A DNA stretch of 63,956 bases, filler included, from Elsinoe ampelina (lineage: Eukaryota): NCBI GenBank assembly GCA_010093995.1. It is 11 parts of 11 records of this genome, joined end to end, with 100 filler letters (N's around TTAATTAATTAA, not from the genome) between each part and the next. Parts side by side here need not be neighbours in the genome. Positions count along the whole stretch, not along the records: positions 8,230 to 14,876 come from ML992585.1; positions 14,977 to 21,476 come from ML992586.1; positions 21,577 to 27,931 come from ML992587.1; 8 more parts are not named here. The stretch is one strand, 5' to 3'. Shown piece by piece: positions 14,201-24,500 of this stretch (position 1 is its first letter; each line of letters starts with the position of its first letter). Below the pieces are notes generated by a model, which worked only from the letters and a program-made list of their open reading frames with translations, was not told the origin of the DNA and did no database searches. Made by a program: the position numbers and the translations under genes.

Positions 14201-14876
14201 TAAATAATTACTAGTTCTATAGTAGAATAGGATCTACTAATAATAGTATTTCCTTCTACTTTAAGACTTAAATATAAGTCTCTTCTAGAGAGATTACTTT
14301 CTCTACCTTGTCCTTTAACTTTTATATCTCTTCGCATAGGTAAAGCTTATTACCTATAGCTCTTTAATAAGCCTCTTTTGCCTTTTTATAAGCTTCTTTA
14401 GCTTCCTTTCTAGTAGCCTTAGCTATAACTAATTCCTTTCGTAAATAAATATACTTAGACTAGAGACACTACTATTCTAATTTTGTCACTTAAATATTAT
14501 AACCTAAGTAGTTACTCGCGATACACTAGCTATAAATACCTAACTGAATGTAGACTTTATAGTCTAACTCTTTTGACTTATAACAAAAGTAAGCTTATAG
14601 CATGTTAGTTCTAAATAATTTAATAAACTCCGAGAGGTTCTTTCGTGTAGATATACTAGATTCACTATACCTTTAACAACTAGGAGGCATGTTTAGTACA
14701 TAGCGCGTAAGGACAAGAAAGGATACTTACTTATTAGAACAACTCGATTAAGGGAGGAGAGTAATGTTATAAACTAGTAGGACAGCTAAAGCGTAGAGAC
14801 GCTAGGACTAATTAAACTACTAGGGTTATTACGTGACCTAGCCCGACGTTTACCTAGTTCTCTATCTTCTCTAGTA
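8230..14876 (+). mobile_element. Near full-length Ty3/gypsy chromovirus (family A), heavily RIPped
   Basis: 5' LTR ends 8666; gag ATG 8783; CCHC knuckle ~9550-9593; AAAAAAC slippery site ~10765; protease DSGA ~10900; RT YLD(D) ~11875; RNase H ETDA ~12316; integrase; chromodomain ~13910-14030; PPT; 3' LTR from 14765. Confidence 0.95.
14142..14690 (-). pseudogene. Antisense accessory ORF of gypsy family A (Zn2Cys6-like plus coiled coil), RIPped copy 1
   Basis: Colinear with 18245-18793; ATG and terminal stop conserved, 183 codons. Confidence 0.7.
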
Positions 14877-14976
14877 NNNNNNNNNNNNNNNNNNNNNNNN
14901 NNNNNNNNNNNNNNNNNNNNTTAATTAATTAANNNNNNNNNNNNNNNNNNNNNNNNNNNNNNNNNNNNNNNNNNNN

Positions 14977-17900
14977 AAGGAAATAAGGTAAGAGCAATAA
15001 TAGATTTAGGAGCTAACTATAGCTACGTCTCTATAACAGTTGCTAATTGGCTTAAACCTTATTAACATTAGAAGGAGTTACCTTACCTACTTACTATAGC
15101 GGATAGAACCCCTATAGGGAAGAACGGGAAAGTTACTTAGGAACTACGAAACGTTACAATCTAAATCGGAACACACACGGAAAGACGATCGATCGACATA
15201 GTTAATATGTAGTACGATATGGTACTCGGCATAGACTAGCTTTAACAACATAATCTAGACGTGGACTGGATTAAAGAAACACTCGAATTCCCTAAGTGCA
15301 ATTATAGGACGTAGGGAGTACGATTAGCCCTGCGGATACTAACTATAAAGACAGTATAGGTACGACTAATAGTTAGGGCTATCGCTAGCGTAAGCGATTA
15401 AGCACTTCCGCCGGAATATAAAGACTTCGAGGACTTGTTCAAAGAAAGGGAAGGCATCGTAGCCTTGCCCTAACATAAACTATAGGATTACGAAATACCT
15501 TTTAAAGAGGGTAAATCCCCGACACACTATTAAGGTCTTATACTACTATCGAAACAAGAGGAGGACGTCCTTAAGGACTATATCGACAAGTACTTACTTA
15601 AAGGATTTATACGACTATTAAAATCACCTATTGCGCACGGAGTGCTTTTTGCACCTAAAAAGAATAGGACGTCACGAATATACATTAATTACCGGAAACT
15701 CAATACACTCACTAGGAAGAATCGCTATCCCCTACTAAGGATCGACGAACTTTAAGACCGACTACTTAGAGCTAAATAGTTCACCGTAATCGACATTAGG
15801 GACGCCTATTATTAAGTACGAATAAAGGAAGGCAAGGAGTGGAAAACGGCTTTTAGGACGTAATAGGGTCTATACGAGTACCTCGTTATGCCCTTTAGGT
15901 TAACTAACGCTCCCGTAACCTTCTAAGAGTTAATTAACAACACTCTACAAGAATACCTTAACGACTTTGTCTTAGCATATTTAGACGATATTGTTATCTT
16001 CTTAAAGACGTACGATAAACACGTAGGACATGTTCGTAAAGTGCTACAGAAACTAAAAGAAAAAGACTTACCGGTGAAGCTCTCTAAGTGCGAGTTTTAT
16101 AAACACAAGATACAATTTCTGGGCTATGTTATATCTACCGACAGTATCGGACCCGATCTAAGGAAGATCGAGTTAGTAAACGACTAGCCGGAACCTACAA
16201 CGGTCAAGGAGGTTTAAGCGCTACTAGGATTCTTTAACTACTACTGCAAATTTGTCGAAGGATTCTCTAAGGTAGCTACGCTAATATCTAACCTCACGAA
16301 AAAGGAAACTAGCTTTGTCTTCGACGAAGATTGCAGGCAGGCCTTTAAGGAGCTAAAGCTTAGGCTTACGACAGCACCTGTCCTAGCACTCTTCGACCTA
16401 GACCGATAAGCACTGCTAGAAACGGATGCCTCGGACTTTGCGATAGGAGCGTATCTAGCGTAGAAGGACGCGGAAGGACGACGCTGCCTAATCGCATACT
16501 ACTCACGAAAAATGACTAGACCTGAACTTAACTACGACATACACGACAAGGAATTACTCGCGATCGTAGAAGCGTTCCGCGAATAGAGAGTATACCTAGA
16601 AGGGACGACCTCACTAGTACAAGTCTACACCGACCATAAGAACCTTCTATATTGGACAATAACTAAGGTTCTTAACAGACGACAGGTTCGATAGTTAGAA
16701 ACACTTGCAAGCTGCAACTTTTAGATCTACCATGTTAAGGGATCAGAGAACAGCGGAGCGGACGCTCTTAGCCGACGACCGGACTACTTAAAGAACATGA
16801 CAATAATAGAGGCCTCTATGCTAGAGTAGCAAGACGGCGCTTTAGTCTATAAGCACCCGAAGGTAGAGCAGTTATGTAGCCTCACCTAGGAGCTTACGTA
16901 AGAACAGAAAAAAGAAGTCATTCGAATACACTATAATAACCTAACGGCGGGACATGGCGGGATCGACAAGACTATTGAACTTATTACACGAAACTACCTC
17001 TAGAAAGGACTCCGAAACGATGTTAAGACGTACGTCGCCGCATGCGATATGTGCCACAAGTCTAAACACTCTCGACATAAACTATACAGCCTACTACAAC
17101 TATTGCCACCACCGGACAAACTATGGCAATCAGTTACGATAGACTTTATAGGACCTCTACCGCTATTAGAAGAGCCCCTCACGGGTGCAAAGTACGACAG
17201 CATTCTAGTCCTAGTGGATAGGTTTACGAAATATTGCTACTTCGTACCACACAAGACAACAGCAACCGCCGAGGATATAGCCTTTGCCTTCCTTCGAACA
17301 ATTGTTTTACGACACAGAGTACCACGAGACCTAATAACCGACAGGGATAAGCTATTCACGTCACAATTCTAGCAATCATTTGTGGACTTACTAGGAGTCA
17401 AACATAAGCTATTAACCTCCTTTCATCCGCAAACGGACGGACAAACTAAACGGGCAAATTAAGTACTAGAGCAGTACCTACGATGCTACCTAAACTACGA
17501 GTAGGACTCATGGGCAACGCTATTACCGCTCGCAGAGCTCGCCGTCAACAACAGAAAGTTAGCGAACGGAATTTCACTATTTTACGCAAACTATAGAATA
17601 TACCCGGATCTACACCACGACACACTCGGAATTAAGCTAATATCTAAGGATGCTAACATACTAGTAGCTAACATTAAGAAACTACACGACTAGCTACACC
17701 ACGATATGGCATTTATATCATAAAGAATAGTAGAGTTTGCCAACCAGAAGAGAATTGCAGGACCAATTCTACAGGAGGGGGAGAAAGTTTACCTCCTTAG
17801 CAAAAACATTAAAACGAAACGACCGAGCAAGAAACTCGACTACACTAAACTAGGACCCTTTAAGATCCTAGAAAAGAAAAACGAGAACGTATACAAACTG

Positions 17901-19330
17901 GAACTACCGAGACATATGAGGATCTATCTAGTCTTTTATATATCACTACTAGAGAAAGCACTATAGAATGCCGTACCTGGACCCATCGAACTAGATAAGG
18001 AAACACAGGAGCCACGGTACGAGATTAAAAGAGTTTTACGCTATAAACTCATAAAAGGAAAACGCTACTATCTTATTCACTGGAAGGGACATTAGTATAG
18101 CGAAGCAACATAGGAACTAGAGGAGCACCTTACCTCGCAAGTAATCCTAGATTACTAGATCGAGAACCTATCCTAAGCAAACCGACTAGACGGACCCGGC
18201 ACTCCTAACACCGAACGAAAACGAGGACGCCTAAGGAGGATCGCTTAGCTAACAGGAGCACCTTGATCGTTGCTAAACAGAGAACCCTAGTCGGAGTCAG
18301 GCATAAATAATCGCTGATCCCACAGTAGGACGGGATCCACCGACGACAGCATTTCCTCCTGCTCTAGGACTCGAATGCGAGTCTCCTCTAGAGAGATCGC
18401 TTCCTCCGCCTCATTCTCTAATTTCTGCATCTCTTCGCGTAGGCGAAGCTTATCGCCTACAGCTCTTTAACGAGCCTCTTTCGCCTTTTTACGAGCCTCT
18501 TTAGCTTCCTTTCTAGCAGCCTTAGCTGTAACTAATTCCTTTCGCAAACAAATGTGCTTAGACTAAAGACGCTACCATTCCGATTTTGTCACCCGAATGT
18601 TACAACCCGAGTAGTTACTTACGACACACTGGCTATAGATACCCGACCGAACATAGACCTTGTAATCTAGCCCCTTCGATTTGCAACGAGAATAGGCCTA
18701 CGGCATGTTAGTTCCGAACAGTTCGATAAACTCCGAGAGATTCTTTCGTGCGGATGTGCTAGATTTACTATGCCTTCGACGACTAGGAGGCATGTTTAGT
18801 GTATAGCGCGTAAAGACAAGGAGGGATACTTACTCGTTAGGACAACTCGATTAAAGGAGGAGAGTAATGTTACGAACCAGTAGGACAGCTAGAGCGCAGG
18901 GACGTTAGGACCAACTAAACCGCTAAGGTTATCACGTGACCTGGCCCGACGTTTACCCGGTTCTCTGTCTTCTCTGGCGGCTCTACCCTAGAGACTACAG
19001 AGCACGCAGGTTACTAGCAGACATATACTCTGTGCTGCCCCTGGCTTTCGCCACGAAGCACACAGAGCACACAGAGTACGCGATGGAGAACACATGCATA
19101 TAGGAACAGTCCTTACCTCATGTAAGTACTGTAGTTAACCTCGTCTAGATAGCGAACACTAGTATTGCCAAGGCTGGCCTTTGCAATACTATCCAATTGT
19201 ACTTCATTATCTGTAAGACATACCTTCTCCGACTCTTACCTTAGTGCTATACTGCTATAGAAGCAGAACTACCTCGTTCTTAGCTTAGCTTAGACCACTA
19301 GCGTGGGCTGTGTTTAGACGGTTCGTGACA
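14977..19330 (+). mobile_element. Second copy of gypsy family A (pol plus complete 463-bp 3' LTR 18868-19330), more lightly RIPped
   Basis: YLDDIVI ~15978; ETDASD ~16418; integrase ORF 17049-17372; LTR TGTTACGAACC...GGTTCGTGACA; aligns to contig 2 at offset 4103. Confidence 0.95.
18245..18793 (-). pseudogene. Antisense accessory ORF of gypsy family A, copy 2
   Basis: MPPSRRRH...A(Y/C)SRCKSKGLD(Y/C)KVYVRSGI(Y/C)SQCVVSNYSGCNI...KAARKEAKEARKKAKEAR...; all internal stops are TAG/TAA explicable by RIP. Confidence 0.75.
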
Positions 19331-19918
19331 AGGAGGTCCTTGCTAGAGTAGTGCTATAGACAAGTTAGCGGCAAAGAACACCCTCGATAAGGTCGACACC
19401 TACAGCGCGGAGAATAGCGGCAACGTCCTCGATAGCAAGGCGTAGGCCACGCATTTTGGCAACCTTAGCGCGCTCTAAGTCCTCCCCCTAGAGAGAGGCA
19501 ATGTTAGCACTAGCGCGAGCGTCCTACATGCCCTTAGTCTGCTTACGTTCCTTGACGAGGTTCATGGCCTCAATGTACTCGTTAGTGTAGCAGTTGCGCT
19601 TCTCGATAGATACGAGGTTAGCGGGGTCCTAGGAGACATAGTCGCGGTACTAGATGGCGCCGTAGGCGTTATTGACGCGGTCCAGCAGAATAGCGTCGTC
19701 GATGTTATAGCAAGCGACCTTCGCGTGCTTATAGCGGGCGCAAGTCTCGGTGACCCCTAGGTCGCGGTCATAGGGGGCATCTAGCGAATGTTAGTAGCGC
19801 CTCTAGAGGACTACTAGCGGGGTGCCGGAGACTTACCGATTATATCCCCGACGTAGTTGCTGTAGTGGTAGCAAGGGGTAATACGCGGTGGCAGCGCCCG
19901 AGAAGCCCTAGGAGCTAT
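19331..19918 (-). pseudogene. Intron-containing antisense Zn2Cys6-like accessory ORF of family B
   Basis: (M)APRASRALPPRITPCYH(Y/C)SNYVGDII, intron 19781-19836 (GTAAGT..TACTAAC..TAG), then DAP(Y/C)DRDLGVTETCAR(Y/C)KHAKVAC...; second intron ~19354-19403; cut by the family A insertion. Confidence 0.7.
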
Positions 19919-20729
19919 AGTGCTTGCTAAGGTGTTCGAGAAGCTATGTATAGGGAGGACTAACGTATTAGGGCGCGAGAGGTGCCTATATAGGCGCGTT
20001 CTGTTTACTACACAACACAACAAACACGGAAGGTGAATCCACACGCGTCGCCGTCTCCTAGGAGGTAGTAGTGTTATTCAAGGATTGATGTTATAAAGTG
20101 TCGATGTGCGACACTTGCTCGGGACCTCCGAGGGGGTTCTACGCAGTAAACGAACTAATCCTACACGTTTGCTAAAGCGCTAGTTGTTTCTTAAAGCAAC
20201 GAATGCTTTAGCTTGCAATGCAAAGAACAGCCATTAGAGGAGAGCCACGTTTGCCTTGATATATCAGTGTCGTCGGCAAATAAAGGCATGACGGATGTAG
20301 AGAGTAAACAAAGAAGCTAAGTTCTTCCCCTATGCAAGGAATGCTAACCTACCCTCATAGGAGAGGCCTATGACAGCGATCAGAGGCCTACGAAGGATGC
20401 GGTTCAATCGAGGGCGATTGAATACAGAGGGGGAATAATTGTAGGGGAGACTCGGTATGCGGCTCCGGCTGAGTCTGTCACGTGACGAACCCTCTCCAGC
20501 TGCCTTCCGTACGGCCTCCTGCCGCCACGAACAAAGGCAGCTATTAGTTTATCCATCTATCTAGCTTGTGGATATCGGTGGTTCTATACGTTGCTACACA
20601 CCTACCCTTATAATACGTGTAGACTTTTACTTAAGTATTATTCGTACTACTAATCGAGAGCTATCCTTACACTACTACAAGCTGATTATTATATATACTT
20701 ACTAGTATTAATATAATCTACCCCTAATA
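19331..20729 (+). mobile_element. 3' part of another LTR element (family B): PPT ~20426-20439 and LTR ~20440-20729
   Basis: AGAGGGGGAATAAT followed by TGTAGGGG...CCCCTAATA; the last ~100 bp recur at 58770-58869; no pol is visible. Confidence 0.6.
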
Positions 20730-20997
20730 GCCTACGTTACGTGACGGGACTATCCTAGAGCTATAGGACTAAGCATCCCCTTATACGTAATACTATCATT
20801 ATAAAGACATAAGGAACATAGATATTTATAAGGAGAAACTTAGTCCTATAGCTCTAGGATAGCTCTATCCCGTGACGTAGGCTCTCTATAGTATGTCTAT
20901 ATAGCCTCTGCTCTCTCGGCTATTTATATAAAGGTAGCTATTAGTTTATCCTTCTATCTAGTCTATAGACATCGTTAGTTCTATACATTGCTATACG

Positions 20998-21184
20998 TGT
21001 AAGGGCACGGCATTAGGGCGGCACTTGGTAGCGGCTAGTCCCACTTACGTGACGCACCTAGATATCCTACGCGGAGCTTGCGCCTAGGGCTTAACAGCAA
21101 TTAGTTCTACTACTAACGGACTGTTCGGTTAGATAGGCGTTCTCTATATTGCGACATACGTAGCTTTAATACAAGGCTTTAACA
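20998..21184 (+). mobile_element. Solo LTR (family C) with 5-bp target-site duplication ATACG, inside an older family-B-like LTR ending ~21268
   Basis: TGTAAGGG...TTTAACA flanked by ATACG at 20993-20997 and 21185-21189; reverse complement of 35647-35833. Confidence 0.9.
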
Positions 21185-21268
21185 ATACGCCTACTATTAC
21201 ATCTACAATACTAGTATAAGCTAATTGTTATATATACTCACTAGTAATAATATAACCTATTCCTAATA

Positions 21269-21349
21269 TAGAAGCCTATACTATAGGCTTAAATTACGTA
21301 ATAAATCTAACCTATATCCTAACTAGATCTAGTTTGTTTCTATCTCGTA
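21269..21349 (-). mobile_element. Terminal segment of a family-D-like LTR abutting 28S rDNA
   Basis: Aligns along its length to the LTR end at ~34482-34561. Confidence 0.65.
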
Positions 21350-21350
21350 C

Positions 21351-21476
21351 TTAGTTTTACCCTACTGATAACCGTCGCCCTAATGGTAATTCCGCTTAGT
21401 ACGAGAGGAACCGCGGATTCAGATAATTGGTTTTTGCGGCTGTCCGACCGGGCAGTGCCGCGAAGCTACCATCTGC
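21351..21476 (+). rRNA. 28S rRNA fragment (interrupted copy)
   Basis: Reverse complement of 45542-45667 except two RIP-type transitions. Confidence 0.93.
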
Positions 21477-21576
21477 NNNNNNNNNNNNNNNNNNNNNNNN
21501 NNNNNNNNNNNNNNNNNNNNTTAATTAATTAANNNNNNNNNNNNNNNNNNNNNNNNNNNNNNNNNNNNNNNNNNNN

Positions 21577-24500
21577 AAATAGATTAGGTCTTAGTATAAT
21601 AGTACGAGGGTAATTATATTACTAATGCTACTACGATTACTAGTTATCTCCTTACTTCTTCGAAATAGTATAGGCTTTAGCGATATTAACCGATAGCTTA
21701 GATAGCATCGGACTATAATAGTGTATTTTATAGTAAATAGGAGAAGGCTATACTATATTATAAGACACTTATTTCTATATTAACCCTTCTACTCGATCCT
21801 AGGACTTAGTACTATATAGGAGCCTATTTGTAAGCTTATCTAGAACATTAGACGCTAGAGCTAAACTAGATCTAGGTAGGATATCTAGTTCGTAGAGCTT
21901 AATCTTATACTATTCCTTAACCTACTCTTAGTTAACCTCTAGCCTATCCCCTACTTCCCTAGTACTGTACTAAATACTTCTCTAACGTATAGACGGAGTA
22001 ATAGTATACTAGTAGTGTTAGATTATATAGCTAGCGAACTCTGTTGTAATATACTAGTTATTCTTCGGAGCAATAAGTACTACTCTCTACTATAATATAT
22101 AGGCGCTGTTCTAAGTTAATAAGCCTCTACGTAAGGCTTTATAGTAGTTCCTCGTATACCTAAATAGCCTTAATAACGCTAGAGAACTTAGGAGAAGCTA
22201 TATCCCTACATTAGCAACCTGTCTTATTAGTACTATCCTATATAGGCGAGGGGTTAGAGGCTAGAAAGGGGAGATAGCTACCCTAGTTACTCTCCTCTTC
22301 GTCTAGAAAAAGTAAGATATATCCTAGCTAACCTAGATAGAGGCTTATAGGATTAGAAAGAGATGTATACTAAATATTGTTAGGAACTACATCTATCCTT
22401 ATATATATAAATCGAGGTAGATAAGCGATTTATAGAGTCTAGCCTATTATGCTAAACCTTTATAAGTATAGGAATTTAATAGATATATAAGGAAACTATA
22501 CGTAGAGTTAGATGTTTAGCTTAGTAATGTATATTAGGGACCTAGTTCGGTTTGTCTAGTTTCTAGGGAGGTATACGAACTAGATAGCCGAAGTAGACGC
22601 TAAAGTAGGCGCTAAAAAATCTCTAGATGTTTATTTACCTTAGCGTAAGGTAGCTCCTTACTATCTACTTTAATAAAAGCCTTGTTAGTCTTTTAATAAT
22701 ATAGTATATAATAATATAAATAGCATAGAAGAGTTTATTCTATAGCTAATAGATAACATAAGTATTATAACTAATAGTAGTAAGGATTTACTACTTAGTA
22801 TACTTAAACGGAACTACTATCGTGTTATATTAGTAAATACTTAGTAGTAGATAGAGTAGATATACATTAATAATCTTAATAACTCTATTGTTAGCGACCT
22901 TAAGAGAGATAGCTAGGTTAGTAAGGGGAGCGTAAGACATAGCTTCTTTAACGCCTAGTAATCTTAGGTTACCTTAAGTCGTAGTAAGTATAAAGGGTAG
23001 GTCCTAAACAACGTTGTCTAGATATAAGTCCTAGTAACGGATAGGAGGATTACTAGTAGTAGCGCTAGAATATACATTTTAAGGCTACTAAAGAGTACTT
23101 TAAGAAGTAAGGTCTAACTAATCTTAGCATAATCTTAGAGTAGCTAGGAATATAGTACCGAGGGTATAGAAGCCTAAGTAACGTTTCTAGATCTAGAGGT
23201 ATTAGCATAAAGGACTTTATTACTCCGAATAATAAGATAGACTATACTATTAGTAGTAGATACTACACCTTTAACTCTCTTAAGAGCGTAGCTAAGGACG
23301 TAAAGGAGTAGTTAGAATATAACTTAGACTATAATAGCGATAGAAGCGAAGAGTAGGAGGTAGCTATAACTATAGCTTCTATATAGAGCTAGATAGTATA
23401 GAAGTTAATAAGCTCTTAGTAGGTCGAGATATTCTAGGTTTAAGAAAGGCAAACTAGATAGAATCGATCTAGTTTAGCTATAGTAATGTTATAGATATAG
23501 TTATCCTACTCTTCTATGTCTTTAATAAATATATCTCGTCCGTAGCGGCTTTTAATATTTATCGCTCTTAGCTTTAATATAGATAAGTAAAGGCTAGTTA
23601 TATAACTACTTCGATAGAATAACTGCCTTAAGCTATATAGCATTCTTAATAACGGCAAATTCGGGCATTTACTTGTCCTCCTAGCCTAATCTATCTTCCT
23701 AACAATTGAAAAAATAGTTATCTAAAAGTATTAAGGAGAATACTCGCTAGTCTAGATTAAAGGTGCTATTAGCGTCGATCCTAGATAATATATATTCTAT
23801 AATATCTTATAGCGAGTAGATAAAGCGTGTTTCTCTATCTTTCCGCGTTATAAGTAATATCTTATTAAGTCGATCTTCGAGGGATCTTAGCGGCGAACGT
23901 AAGCCTTTAGAAGGGATAGCCTTTAATATATCGCTAGTCCCGCTATAGTAGGGGACGAAAGAGGTGTCGTGCTAGTTACTATAATAGCACTATTGCTACT
24001 ATCTACGTCGAAAGTTCGTGCTTATCTTATATATAAGCACTTAGAGTACTACTTGCCTGTTGTTTATCTCTATATAACTAGTAGTACTACGAAACTTTAT
24101 CTTTATAAGGCATATATTAAGTACTAATAAGAGTATCTCCCTTTTAATCTATGCCTTGTCTAATATAGATCTAAATGTCTTTCCGATAATTCTCTTTTAA
24201 GATATAATAGTCTTAATTAAGCTATATATCTCCTTATACTCTCGGTCGTCTAGGCCTAGGCTGTCTTTAATTGTCTCGATAGAATAGAGTTATTACGGCT
24301 ACTATTAAAGCTAAGAAGAAAGTAGTAGAATTATTTAGAGCAGTAAAAGAGTACTACGTAGCCTAATCTTACTTAGTATATCTATAGCCGATAATAGCTA
24401 CTAGAGAGTATAAGGGTAAAGTAAATAGATTTATAGCAGAGGTAGAGTTATAGAGTAAGTATAATATTAATTAGACTTAGCTAATTTATAATTATATCCT

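Noticed and set aside
21272..21290. Hairpin AAGCCTATACTATAGGCTT as the end of a novel rDNA-specific Helitron
   Set aside because: The segment aligns to the family D LTR end, where the hairpin is not conserved, and RIP generates such palindromes
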